From Candidatus Poribacteria bacterium (GTDB taxonomy: Bacteria > Poribacteria > WGA-4E > WGA-3G), in the NCBI GenBank assembly GCA_965205025.1, contig CBDBFU010000031.1:49045-113044 (forward strand): a stretch of 64,000 bases of DNA, in the 5' to 3' direction. Of the stretch, positions 52,541 to 62,335 are shown in pieces. The notes below the pieces were generated by a model that was not told where the DNA came from, did no database searches, and saw only the letters and a list, made by a program, of their open reading frames with translations. A program made the position numbers and the translations under genes. The stretch's first letter is position 1. The number at the start of each line of letters is the position of its first letter.

Positions 52541-52575
52541 AAAAAAGGCAGGTATCCAATAATGGATACCTGCCT
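52541..52575 (-). terminator. Rho-independent terminator of the Cys/His-rich cassette
   Basis: Perfect 13-bp stem AGGCAGGTATCCA/TGGATACCTGCCT with 4-nt loop, followed by a U-tract on the minus strand. Confidence 0.85.
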
Positions 52576-52607
52576 ATAAAATCTAATCTGATGTCAAGCA
52601 GACAACG

Positions 52608-54239
52608 TTAAATATCTTCTGCCCAACATCCTTTACCCTGCCTTTTCCGCTTTGGATCGTTGCAAACAGAAGGCCTTCCAGACCCACATACCTCCCACGT
52701 TTGACCGCAAAAACGACACGTCCGAGTCCTATGCTCGTTTACCTGATTTGCTTTACTCGGATCATAGGTATGACCATTAGCACACGTAGTACTCGGTGCT
52801 GGATACACAGGCGTATGACTTTGACAAGCATAAAAGTTTATTACTGTGCATGACTGACCATCCTTGGTATGAATAGTGCAAGACACCTGCATCGAATGAT
52901 CTTTACCATCACACTTATAGTGACCACTTGTACCACAAACCGCTGCAGTATGCGTTTTACTGTCACACTGATAGTGTCCAGTTGTGCCACAACCCGCTGA
53001 CTCATGATTACCCGATACCGTCGTTACATGCGTTCCACACGTATGGTAAGAAGGGGTAGGAGTAGGGGACGGAGCTACATAACCATCCGTTTCTTGATCG
53101 TCATCGCTACTATCCTCAACATCGGAGTGCTTGCTAAAAAGTGCCGGCAATAAATCACTGAGATTGTGGTCAAATACTTTCTTCATACACTTCCTAAACC
53201 GACGACCACAAGAGTTGTACTTAACGCCGTCCGAGTCTATGAAGTCTTTTACACACCACTTTATTTGATGGTTTGCTGCCTCTGTATCTATGTTTGCATC
53301 TGTATCTGCGTTATTGTCACAACTATACCAAACTTTGCCACAACCCTCTTCCAAAGAACGTCCCTCCAATACATAAGCATCGGTAGAATGCTTTGTACTT
53401 TCAAGACCGCATTTTCTACGGTGACTACTCCATGCTTCATGGGCAGACCGGAACATGTCAGTGCAGGGGCCTTCGCACTCATATTTGTCCGGCAGGGCAA
53501 TGGTATTCCATGTGTTCCCCTGATAGCCACTCGGTGGCGCAGAAGGCCAATGTTTATAGTACAATTTAAACAGATAAGTATGTGAATCTACTTGCTCTCT
53601 ACCATTAGTGTTGACTTCTGTATTCAGCCAATCGTAACTTTGGTTAATATGCTTTGCACATTCCGTAAGATACTTTTTGTAGCGCGGTTTATATCCAATC
53701 GTTTCTCGTGTTACGAGGGAACCGTCTATAAGAAGTTGTATAGAGACTATATTATCACTATTATCATCATCACGACCATCACCACTATAGGCTTTATTTA
53801 CGTCCGACAGTGCACCATCCATCGCAGAAAGCGTGGTCCCCATTGCACTTATTAACTCCGCACTTTTCCAAGCTGTTTTAGCTGTCCCTGCTGCTGTTCT
53901 CAGGGCTATATAGCCGGCGAAAGCTGCAGGCGCGAGGGTGCCACCAGAGATAACAGATGCAGTTGCACTGATGATCGCACCAGCAGCAATCGTAACTGTC
54001 ACTTCCACGCCTTTGCGTACTGCCTTCTGGTTGGTCTTAAAATCACTGTTCAAGGTATCCATCGCACCCTTGAGGGTATTGTAATTCCCAATCGTAGTAT
54101 TCATTAACCCTATCGTGTTCGCAATACTGGTTTCATGCTGTCTTACCAAGTCAGGAATGTCAGCATAAGATACCTGTTGAATAAGAAAGAGGCATAACAC
54201 ACAAACGATGAGGGTGAATAATAAAATGCGTCTAAACAT
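52608..54239 (-). CDS. Secreted Cys/His-rich repeat protein with N-terminal helical domain and hydrophobic hairpin
   Basis: Signal peptide; hydrophobic VTIAAGAIISATASVISGGTLAPAAFAGYIAL; PSPTPTP linker; repeats CGTTGHYQCDSKTH / CGTSGHYKCDGKDH; AAGGAG RBS. Confidence 0.75.
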   Translation of the reverse strand: MFRRILLFTLIVCVLCLFLIQQVSYADIPDLVRQHETSIANTIGLMNTTIGNYNTLKGAMDTLNSDFKTNQKAVRKGVEVTVTIAAGAIISATASVISGGTLAPAAFAGYIALRTAAGTAKTAWKSAELISAMGTTLSAMDGALSDVNKAYSGDGRDDDNSDNIVSIQLLIDGSLVTRETIGYKPRYKKYLTECAKHINQSYDWLNTEVNTNGREQVDSHTYLFKLYYKHWPSAPPSGYQGNTWNTIALPDKYECEGPCTDMFRSAHEAWSSHRRKCGLESTKHSTDAYVLEGRSLEEGCGKVWYSCDNNADTDANIDTEAANHQIKWCVKDFIDSDGVKYNSCGRRFRKCMKKVFDHNLSDLLPALFSKHSDVEDSSDDDQETDGYVAPSPTPTPSYHTCGTHVTTVSGNHESAGCGTTGHYQCDSKTHTAAVCGTSGHYKCDGKDHSMQVSCTIHTKDGQSCTVINFYACQSHTPVYPAPSTTCANGHTYDPSKANQVNEHRTRTCRFCGQTWEVCGSGRPSVCNDPKRKRQGKGCWAEDI

Positions 54240-54255
54240 AAGAAAAGTTCTCCTT

Positions 54256-54912
54256 TTATTTGAGGGGTAGAGTGTGATTCGAAGAAGAAACCCTCGTCAC
54301 GGATTCTTCCGGTGGTAGGTCTGTCCACGTTAATCTCAATAAATCCATTCTACGCTCAGCAGAGGGGTGATCTTCAATGGCACGAAGTTGTGATATATAC
54401 TCCTCACCCGCCTTCTTGTAAATGGGGTTACCTTTATCTCCAATACTTTCATAGTAATGGCAGAGATATATGCTATGTGCTATAGCCTCAGCTTCTTGGT
54501 CACCGGGCTCAAATGTTGGTATCCATTCAGCACTCCAGTGTCCACGTTCTTCTGTTTGTAGGCGGAGTGCTTCCACAGGGTCTGTCTTTAGCAGTTCCTC
54601 GTGGTATGTAAGTGGACCGGTATACGCTGGCTTTTCAGGTTTAGGCACTTTGTCGGGCTGTGCTACCGGTGGATCATTTTGTGCGACCGGCACTTCATGC
54701 GGTTCATCGTGCCATTCATCGCCATGCCAATGTCCATTTGGAGAGGCACCGGGTGGCGGTTTCCTTGCTTCCCTTGTATTTTCAAGCTCTGCTTCTGTTG
54801 GTAGTTTATACCTCGTTTCTGGTTCCGGTTCGGGTTGCAACATAAAGTATACACTCACAACACCGATGATAAGAATGAGGGACGCTAACCCCCAATACAT
54901 TTTCTTTCTCAT
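54256..54912 (-). CDS. Membrane-anchored Pro/His-rich protein
   Basis: N-terminal TM MRKKMYWGLASLILIIGVVSVYFML; PPPGASPNGHWHGDEWHDEPH; AAGGAG RBS. Confidence 0.75.
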   Translation of the reverse strand: MRKKMYWGLASLILIIGVVSVYFMLQPEPEPETRYKLPTEAELENTREARKPPPGASPNGHWHGDEWHDEPHEVPVAQNDPPVAQPDKVPKPEKPAYTGPLTYHEELLKTDPVEALRLQTEERGHWSAEWIPTFEPGDQEAEAIAHSIYLCHYYESIGDKGNPIYKKAGEEYISQLRAIEDHPSAERRMDLLRLTWTDLPPEESVTRVSSSNHTLPLK

Positions 54913-55244
54913 TTGTTTCGCTCCTTATATAAAGAGCCACCCTTTTGTTTTACAGTGTCCAGCGAACAGGATGGTTTCGGATTTCGTTTTGGACAAATCG
55001 GAAATGGTTGAACTCTGGGAAACTCTCCCGATTTACACCCGCCAATAAGTGTCAATGGGGTCGGACACCGCTCAAAATTCGGAGAGTATTCACGAGGTAA
55101 ACATTCCCAACCAATCCATCGTTCAACATTCGTAATACAACGTTGCGTGCTGTTTGCATCAACACCAAACAAAAATATACCGCCTACATAAATGCAGGTA
55201 AAAATAAATATCGTAATAGAGAGGACTTTGTAGTCTTGTCTCAT
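54909..55244 (-). CDS. Small exported Cys/Pro-rich protein
   Basis: AAGGAG RBS before ATG 55244; N-terminal hydrophobic segment; six Cys downstream; ATGA overlap with next gene. Confidence 0.55.
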   Translation of the reverse strand: MRQDYKVLSITIFIFTCIYVGGIFLFGVDANSTQRCITNVERWIGWECLPREYSPNFERCPTPLTLIGGCKSGEFPRVQPFPICPKRNPKPSCSLDTVKQKGGSLYKERNK

Positions 55245-55392
55245 GCTGTGCTCCTTTGAAGAATGAAGCAAGTTAAGTGTTTAGACAGACTACAGAGATT
55301 TGGAAGGAAAAGTGTCTATAATGCAATCCCTGTAGAGGTCGCTGGTCTCAGTTACACGTGACTTAGCAGTCAAAACGTGCTATCATAGAAAC

Positions 55393-55468
55393 CAGCGCTG
55401 TCGTAACGGAGCTGAATATACGGCAGTGCTACGCATCGGCAGCGGGTATACTGCCGGTGCATTTTTTT
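55393..55468 (+). ncRNA. Candidate cis-antisense small RNA within the cassette leader
   Basis: GTGACT-17-TATCAT promoter with extended TG (55358-55386); stems 55395-55429 and 55433-55460 with G-U pairs valid only on + strand; T7 tract. Confidence 0.45.
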
Positions 55469-55518
55469 AGCACCTCCGATGTCGTTCACGCATATCGTGA
55501 ATTCCAACATCTTTTTAT

Positions 55519-55548
55519 ATTATAGAAAAAATTGTTAAAAATTGTCAA
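55519..55548 (-). promoter_or_regulatory. Sigma70 promoter of the Cys/His-rich cassette (~270-nt leader)
   Basis: TTGACA-18-TATAAT on minus strand. Confidence 0.65.
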
Positions 55549-55864
55549 CATTTATTTTTCTACAACATATTTATATACCTTACAATTTTTTCATTTTTAA
55601 TGCAAGTCTTTTTTTTACTACTATATATATGGGTGTGTAAACTTTTTGTCACTGTATTATGATGAATATTGAAAAATTATGCAATTTCCTACCACGACAT
55701 ATTGGGTTTCTAACTACCACATCATAAGTGTTAATTTATGCATTAGGATGGGATTCCGAACCCCGAATTTTCAAGGTCCTATTCCGACACATTGGTAGGA
55801 TCGTTTTCTAACAGTCCCGAAGTTCCAGCATAGAAATAAATTCATATAGACAATAACCCTCTTA

Positions 55865-55961
55865 TCCACATAATCCGCGTAACCCATGATTCAGAAAAGA
55901 AAACAATCCGAACCCAAAACCCACTTCTCCGCGTAATCCGCGTAATCCGTGATTCAGACAA
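55865..55961. repeat. Short repeated AATCCGCGT / TGATTCAGA motif cluster
   Basis: ATAATCCGCGTAACCCATGATTCAGA and CCGCGTAATCCGCGTAATCCGTGATTCAGACA. Confidence 0.55.
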
Positions 55962-56019
55962 TTCAGAACAAACATAAAAATAAGCTTATCTCACTAAATT
56001 GACACCTAAGGTGACAATT

Positions 56020-56168
56020 TATAGTAAACTTTAGATTTAATTAGACACTTTACTTGTAGGAGCGACCTCCTGGTCGCGACCGGGAGGTCGCTCCTACAGA
56101 AGAGGTGTGGGACGCGAACATAAGTTGATCCAATAGAAAATGTAGTATTCATTTTATTGTTTACTATA
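56020..56168. mobile_element. 149-bp MITE-like element containing a 44-bp GTAG-REP palindrome
   Basis: 10-bp TIR TATAGTAAAC/GTTTACTATA; TGTAGGAGCGACCTCC-TGGTCGCGACCG-GGAGGTCGCTCCTACA at 56055-56098. Confidence 0.7.
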
Positions 56169-56216
56169 GTGATGAATTTTTACCAAAAAACTTAAAACTA
56201 TATACCCCTGATTAAT

Positions 56217-57259
56217 GGGTGTGTAAAGTTTTAACATTAACAAGCATTAAATGGAACGGATCAAACATTCTTATATAATATTCAAAAAAATTGAAGAAAA
56301 CACACATCTCTAACAACTAATACATATATCACAAAATAGACAGACATATCAATAATGAATGTCAAAAGGGAAATATATTTATGCCATATCATACAGTTCA
56401 TTTTATATATACTAATACATTACACAAAAACGATCCTAATTACAAAATTCTATATACGTCAAAAATGCGTATCTTTTTAAACGTTGGGAATCTCAAATCA
56501 GGAAGCACAACAAATACACAAAATCACATTTTTTCAAATTTCTTATAAAGTCAATTCAAAGTGGAGTAAAGTCAGTCTATAACAGGGCTAACAAGGGTAA
56601 TTTACACCAATTTCAATGTCACACCGTGTGACAAAAAGTGTAACTTTTTTCATGTTTCCGATGCATAGAGAATGCAACAACAACAAGATCTACTCTCTGA
56701 GATTTAGGATTAAATGTCTGGTTTTACACACTGTTTTTTGTCTGTATATTAGGATTAACAATTCTAATTCATGGGAAACTGAGTATCTAATGATAAGTCT
56801 ATTTTTATACGGTTTTGTATATCAAAAATACAGTACTCCAGCGGAGTACTATGTCTATAGAAAACAATATCGGAACAGGCTGCACTCCAGCGGAGTGCTA
56901 TATCCCAATATACTTCGTATGAAAACATAGTACTCAATACACAATTAAGTTATACCGCAATTAACAAATGTGATTCACGGAGAATTGGTATAATTAAAAT
57001 TATAAACCCTTATAGAATAAGGCTTCGTAAAATTGCTCCGTGAAGGTTTCCGTGAAAGTGCAATCATCTCAAAACGATAAATATTAACACTTTTTCCATT
57101 CACAATATCCATACCTCTAATATAATTATGAGATTGACAGATGAAGGTCTCAATGCCATAATGGAGTTGACATGTATCAAATGAACAATACTTCGGGAAA
57201 ATATTGGTATCCAGAAACAATTGCAGGATGATGTTGAGTGCCAAAAACTTTACACACCC
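56217..57259. mobile_element. Copy 2 of the long non-coding element, bounded by perfect 16-bp TIRs
   Basis: GGGTGTGTAAAGTTTT (56217-56232) / AAAACTTTACACACCC (57244-57259); body homologous to 34820-36154; no transposase. Confidence 0.75.
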
Positions 57260-57266
57260 GTAGTAC

Positions 57267-57295
57267 TTGACAGTATCAGGTTATCTGGATATAAT
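57267..57295 (+). promoter_or_regulatory. Perfect-consensus sigma70 promoter of hen1-pnkp
   Basis: TTGACA-17-TATAAT. Confidence 0.8.
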
Positions 57296-57345
57296 AAATT
57301 TCTGTCAATGAATAAATAGAACCATCTCTAAGAATTTTAATCAGA

Positions 57346-58743
57346 ATGTTATTAACAATCACCACAACACATACACCAGCAACGGACCTTGGATTTCTCT
57401 TACATAAACATCCTGACAGATTTCAATCATTCAATCTAAATTTGGGAAAAGCACATGTCTACTATCCTGAAGCCAATCCGGATAGGTGTACAGCAGCCTT
57501 GTTGCTTGATATAGACTCGGTAGGACTTGTCAGACGAAATCCAGGACAGAGTGGGGAGAATTTCTCATTAGCTGAATATGTCAATGATCGACCTTATGTT
57601 GCATCATCTTTTTTGAGTGTAGCCATTGCTAAAGTCTTTAGTTCTGCCCTATCCGGTAAATGTAAAGACCGGCCTGAACTTGTTGAAACACCCCTTCCTT
57701 TATCAATAAGATTCTCTATTCTACCTTGTAAGGGTGGAGAGAAATTCCTTCACCGACTATTTGAACCTTTGGGTTACAATGTTATATCAGAACGGCACAA
57801 ACTTGATGCGAAATATCCACAATGGGGTGAAAGTCGTTATTATACAGTGACTCTTGAAAATACATGTAAACTTAGCAATTTCCTCTCACATCTGTATGTA
57901 TTAATACCTGTTCTTGACGACGAAAAACATTATTGGGTTGATGAAGCAGAAATTGAGAAACTCATTAGATATGGTCAAAATTGGTTAAGCGAGCATCCTG
58001 ATCATGAAATTATTGTGAGTCGATATTTAAAACACCAAAACAGACTCACTCGTCAAGCACTTACACAATTAGGTGAAATCTCTGTAGAGGAAGATTCAGA
58101 TACTTCAATTTCAAATGAAGAGCATGTTGAACAAAAAATCGGGTTAAATGAACTTCGTCTAACTAAAGTGACTGAAGTTCTGAAAGAATCTGGAGCACAA
58201 CGGGTTCTTGATTTAGGGTGTGGTGAAGGAAAACTTCTGAGAAAACTATTATCAGATAAACAGTTTACTGAAATAGTAGGTATGGATGTGGCACATCAGA
58301 CATTAAAAATAGCACATGAACGTCTACATATTGATAGAATGACAGATAAACAAAAAGAACGAATTAATCTGATACAAGGTTCATTGAATTATAAAGATAC
58401 CCGATTAGAAGGATTTGATGGTGCAGCAATTGTTGAAGTAATAGAACACTTAGATACATCCCGTCTTAGAGCATTTGAAAGAAACATTTTTGAGTTTTCA
58501 TCTCCAAAGACAATTGTCTTAACTACACCAAATTTTGAATACAACCGTAAATTTGAGAATCTCTCTGACGGCAAGTTCCGACATAGAGATCACCGTTTTG
58601 AATGGACACGGGAGGAATTCAAGACATGGTCATTAAGAATTTGTAGTGAATTCCGATATACTGTTGATTTTCATGATATTGGTGAGATGGATGAAACCCT
58701 TGGTTCACCTACACAAATGGCAGTATTTACACGTTGTGAATAA
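57346..58743 (+). CDS. hen1: Bacterial Hen1 3'-terminal RNA ribose 2'-O-methyltransferase
   Basis: MLLTITTTHTPATDLGFLLHKHPD, YVNDRPYVASS, VLDLGCGEGKLL, EVIEHL, TTPN.EYN, RHRDHRFEWTREEF. Confidence 0.95.
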   Translation: MLLTITTTHTPATDLGFLLHKHPDRFQSFNLNLGKAHVYYPEANPDRCTAALLLDIDSVGLVRRNPGQSGENFSLAEYVNDRPYVASSFLSVAIAKVFSSALSGKCKDRPELVETPLPLSIRFSILPCKGGEKFLHRLFEPLGYNVISERHKLDAKYPQWGESRYYTVTLENTCKLSNFLSHLYVLIPVLDDEKHYWVDEAEIEKLIRYGQNWLSEHPDHEIIVSRYLKHQNRLTRQALTQLGEISVEEDSDTSISNEEHVEQKIGLNELRLTKVTEVLKESGAQRVLDLGCGEGKLLRKLLSDKQFTEIVGMDVAHQTLKIAHERLHIDRMTDKQKERINLIQGSLNYKDTRLEGFDGAAIVEVIEHLDTSRLRAFERNIFEFSSPKTIVLTTPNFEYNRKFENLSDGKFRHRDHRFEWTREEFKTWSLRICSEFRYTVDFHDIGEMDETLGSPTQMAVFTRCE

Positions 58744-58810
58744 CTTGTATACACCTTAACCTCTCTTCTTAATTTCCAAAGATTCATTATATCTCCAAAT
58801 ATTACGAAGT

Positions 58811-61377
58811 ATGCAGATTAGAATACCAAACCCCTCGCTTGTAATACTGATAGGTCCATCTGGTTCAGGGAAATCTACTTTCGCAAAACAGCATTTTAAA
58901 ACCACTGAGATTCTATCATCAGATTTCTGTAGAGGAATTGTCTCTGATGACGAAAACGACCAATCTGCAACTGAAGATGCTTTTGATGTTTTACATTATA
59001 TTGCAGCAAAAAGGCTTGCTGCTGGGAAGTTAACGGTAATTGATGCTACAAACGTTCAAGTAGAAGCAAGAAAGAAATTACAAGATTTGGCACGAAAGTA
59101 TCATTATCTTACTGTTGGAATAGTTTTGAATATGCCTGCCAAAATATGTCAAGAAAGAAATGATAATCGTGAGGATAGAAATTTCCAACCTTATGTCATT
59201 CGCAAACAGATTAGTCAACTCCGTCGGTCAATCCGTTCTCTAAGACGTGAAGGTTTTCGCAACTTTGTTTATGTACTATCATCACCTGAAGAAGCAGATA
59301 ATGTAGAGGTTGAACGACAACCTTTATGGACTAATCTGAAAGAAGAACATGGACCCTTCGATATTATTGGAGACATACATGGATGCTATGACGAACTCAT
59401 TTCATTGCTTGTAAAGTTAGATTATGAAATTTCATCAGAACAAGGAACATCTAATTCACATCCAGATGGTAGAAAAGTCGTTTTTCTTGGTGATTTCGTT
59501 GATAGAGGACCAAAGGTTGTGAATGTTCTGAAGTTAGTCATGAAGATGCATAAAGATGGAATTGCATTATGTGTTCCTGGGAATCATGATGTCAAACTTG
59601 CTCGTGCACTTAGAGGTAAAAATGTTACTACCACCCATGGATTAGCAGAATCACTATCACAATTAGAGAATGAATCAGATAAATTTAAAGAACAAATTGC
59701 TGATTTTATAGAAGGATTAATCAGTCATTATGAACTTGATAATGGTAATTTAGTCGTTGCACACGCTGGAATGAAAAAAGAATTTCAAGGGAGAGCTTCC
59801 GGTCGTGTTAGAGAATTTGCACTTTATGGAGAAACAACAGGAGAAACAGATGAATTCGGATTACCCATTCGACTTGACTGGGCAGAAGAATATCGAGGGG
59901 AGGCTACTGTTGTATATGGACACACACCAGTTAATGAACCACAATGGGTTAACCGAACAATTAATATTGATACAGGATGTGTATTTGGTGGGAAATTAAC
60001 AGCATTACGATATCCGGAAAAGGAGATGGTATCTGTCGCTGCATATCAGACATATTATGAACCAGCAAAACCGTTAATTGAAGATGAATCCATCCCAAGT
60101 TCACACGAATCATATCTGAATGAAGGTGTATTAGATATAAACGATGTGTTAGGAAAACGTATCATCAACACAAGATTAAATCGTAATATTACCATCAGGG
60201 AAGAAAATACTATACCTGCGTTGGAGACAATCAGCCGTTTTGCAGTTGACCCAAGATGGCTTATTTATCTCCCTCCTACAATGTCTCCATCTGAAACAAG
60301 CTCAAAACCAGACTATCTTGAACATCCATCTGATGCATTCAATTATTATAGGAATCAAGGAGTATCAACCTTAATTTGGCAAGAAAAACATATGGGTTCA
60401 AGAGCAATTGTTATTGTCTGTAAAGATCAAACCATTGTACAAAAACGTTTTGGTGTTGTTCCATCAGAATCTATTGGTGTGTGCTATACACGAAATGGAA
60501 GACCTTTTTTTGATGACAATACCCTTGAAATACAACTACTAAACCAAATTAAACAGACTATAGATAAACTTGACTATTGGGAGAAATTCAATACCGATTG
60601 GATCTGTCTTGATTGTGAATTAATGCCATGGTCCAATAAAGGCACAAGAACTATTACGGCAACAATACGCACCTGTAGGAATTGCTGGAAGTATATCCAT
60701 TTCAGATTCATTGACTTCAATTGAAATGGCAAAAAAACCGAGGGCGTAGATACAATTGGAATGTTAGACGATTTTATTGAACGACAGAAGGCAGTGAATG
60801 CATTTATAAAGTCATATCAAACAGTATTGTTGGGATGTTGAATCTATATCTGATATAAGACTTGCACCATTCCATATTTTAGCTACAGAAGATAATGTGT
60901 ATTTTAATAAAGATCATTTGTGGCATATGGAAATGCTTCAGGAATTATGTAGAATTGATGAAAATGACATACTATATTCAACTACTTATGGATCAGTTTC
61001 ACTAACTGATGAAAAATAGTGTGAATTCAGCAATTGAAAAATGGGAAGAATTAACCGCAAATGGTGGAGAGGGTTTCGTAGTTAAACCTTTGGATTTTAT
61101 TACACAGGGTAAGAAAGGTATAGTTCAACCAGCAGTGAAATGTCGTGGAAGAGAATATCTACGGATTATCTACGGTCCAGAATATACTATACCAAGATAT
61201 TTAGAACAACTTCGTTCCAGAGGATTGTCCAAAAAGCGGTCGCTTGCAATTCGAGAATTCACTTTAGGGGTTGAAGCATTGGAGAGGTTCGTAAATTTTG
61301 AACCATTATCGAAAGTCCATGAGTGTGTCTTTGGAATTTTAGCTTTGGAAAGTGAATCAGTTGATCCAAGACTATAG
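58811..61377 (+). CDS. pnkp: Polynucleotide kinase-phosphatase-ligase Pnkp; ligase region interrupted by several single-base indels
   Basis: P-loop GPSGSGKST; phosphoesterase GDIHG, GDFVDRG, GNHD; ligase motif EKHMGSR; shifted frames recover AQELLRQQYAPVG, YCWDV...APFHILA, EGFVVKP, ESVDPRL. Confidence 0.9.
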
Positions 61378-61437
61378 GCAAAATTTTTTTACTAAAAATT
61401 GAAGAAAAACATAAACAATTTTACATCATACATTAAT

Positions 61438-62329
61438 ATGAAGAACGCATTTCTCACTAAATTTTGTATTTATTTCATTCTGTGTCTTATTTTATTTGGG
61501 TGTGGAGATGCAGATAAGTTAAATGGTGTACCAGATAAAAAGAACGAAGTCATACTTAACGACCACACTCTCTCAACAGATGAAACATGGACACCAGAAC
61601 AAAGCTATACTGTAAACGGTGAACTTCGTATACCTCCAACTATTGAACTGGAAATTTCACCCGGAACAGTAGTTAAATTTGGAGTAGATGCCTATGTTGT
61701 GGTCAGGGGAACATTAAAAAATTGGTACTCCTATAACCCAAACTGTTCTGGATAAACTAGTCTACTTATCTTCGAACAGTGACTCACCGGATTCAGGAGA
61801 TTGGCGTGGATTCCTATTTGATCATACACATGATGTTGATAGTTTCTTCAGAGGAGTTGTTATAGAACATGCTAAAATCGGATTGGATATTAAAAACCGC
61901 CTCACCTATCATCCTTGATAGTATATTACAACAGAATGAAACAGCAATAGCATTAGATGGAAGCAATTCAATAATACAACATAATAGAATAATTAACAAT
62001 GAAGTTGGGGTAATTACTATTGGTCGTCAAACACGACCTCATATTGAGAAAAACAACATTCTTGAAAATGATTCAGGTATCATCTGTGAAAACGTGCAAT
62101 CCCATAATCAGCAACAATAACTTTGAAAGGAATGAATTCTCACTAAGATTGCAAGTAAAGTTTGATCTTCACATTCCAGACAATTGGTGGGGAACTACAG
62201 CCGAAAATATAATTGATGAAATAATCCTTGATTCACAAGACTCGAATCTTATTACAAAACCCGTTGGAACTGTTAACTATCAACCAATTTCAGTTTTTTC
62301 ATTTCCCTGACGCTGGACCTCGGGAGTAA
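61438..62329 (+). CDS. Lipoprotein with right-handed parallel beta-helix repeats (frameshifted across three ORFs)
   Basis: Lipobox LFGC; TLSTDETWT...ELEISPGTVVKF; SPIILDSILQQN, PHIEKNNILEN, PDNWWGT. Confidence 0.6.
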
Positions 62330-62335
62330 TATAAA

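Noticed and set aside
54470-55048. 192-aa plus-strand Ser/Cys/Gly-rich ORF and other short ORFs in the cassette
   Set aside because: Antisense shadows of minus-strand genes that have RBSs, signal/TM segments and coupling; higher GC lengthens spurious ORFs
56616-56930. ORFs inside the 1-kb repeat (also 34943-35206, 35680-35892, 56975-57244)
   Set aside because: Reading frames are not conserved between the two copies (copy 1 stops after about 30 codons and shifts frame); no transposase motifs
60630-61377. Programmed frameshifting or split ligase in Pnkp
   Set aside because: Multiple indels continue into unrelated downstream genes; sequencing error is more parsimonious
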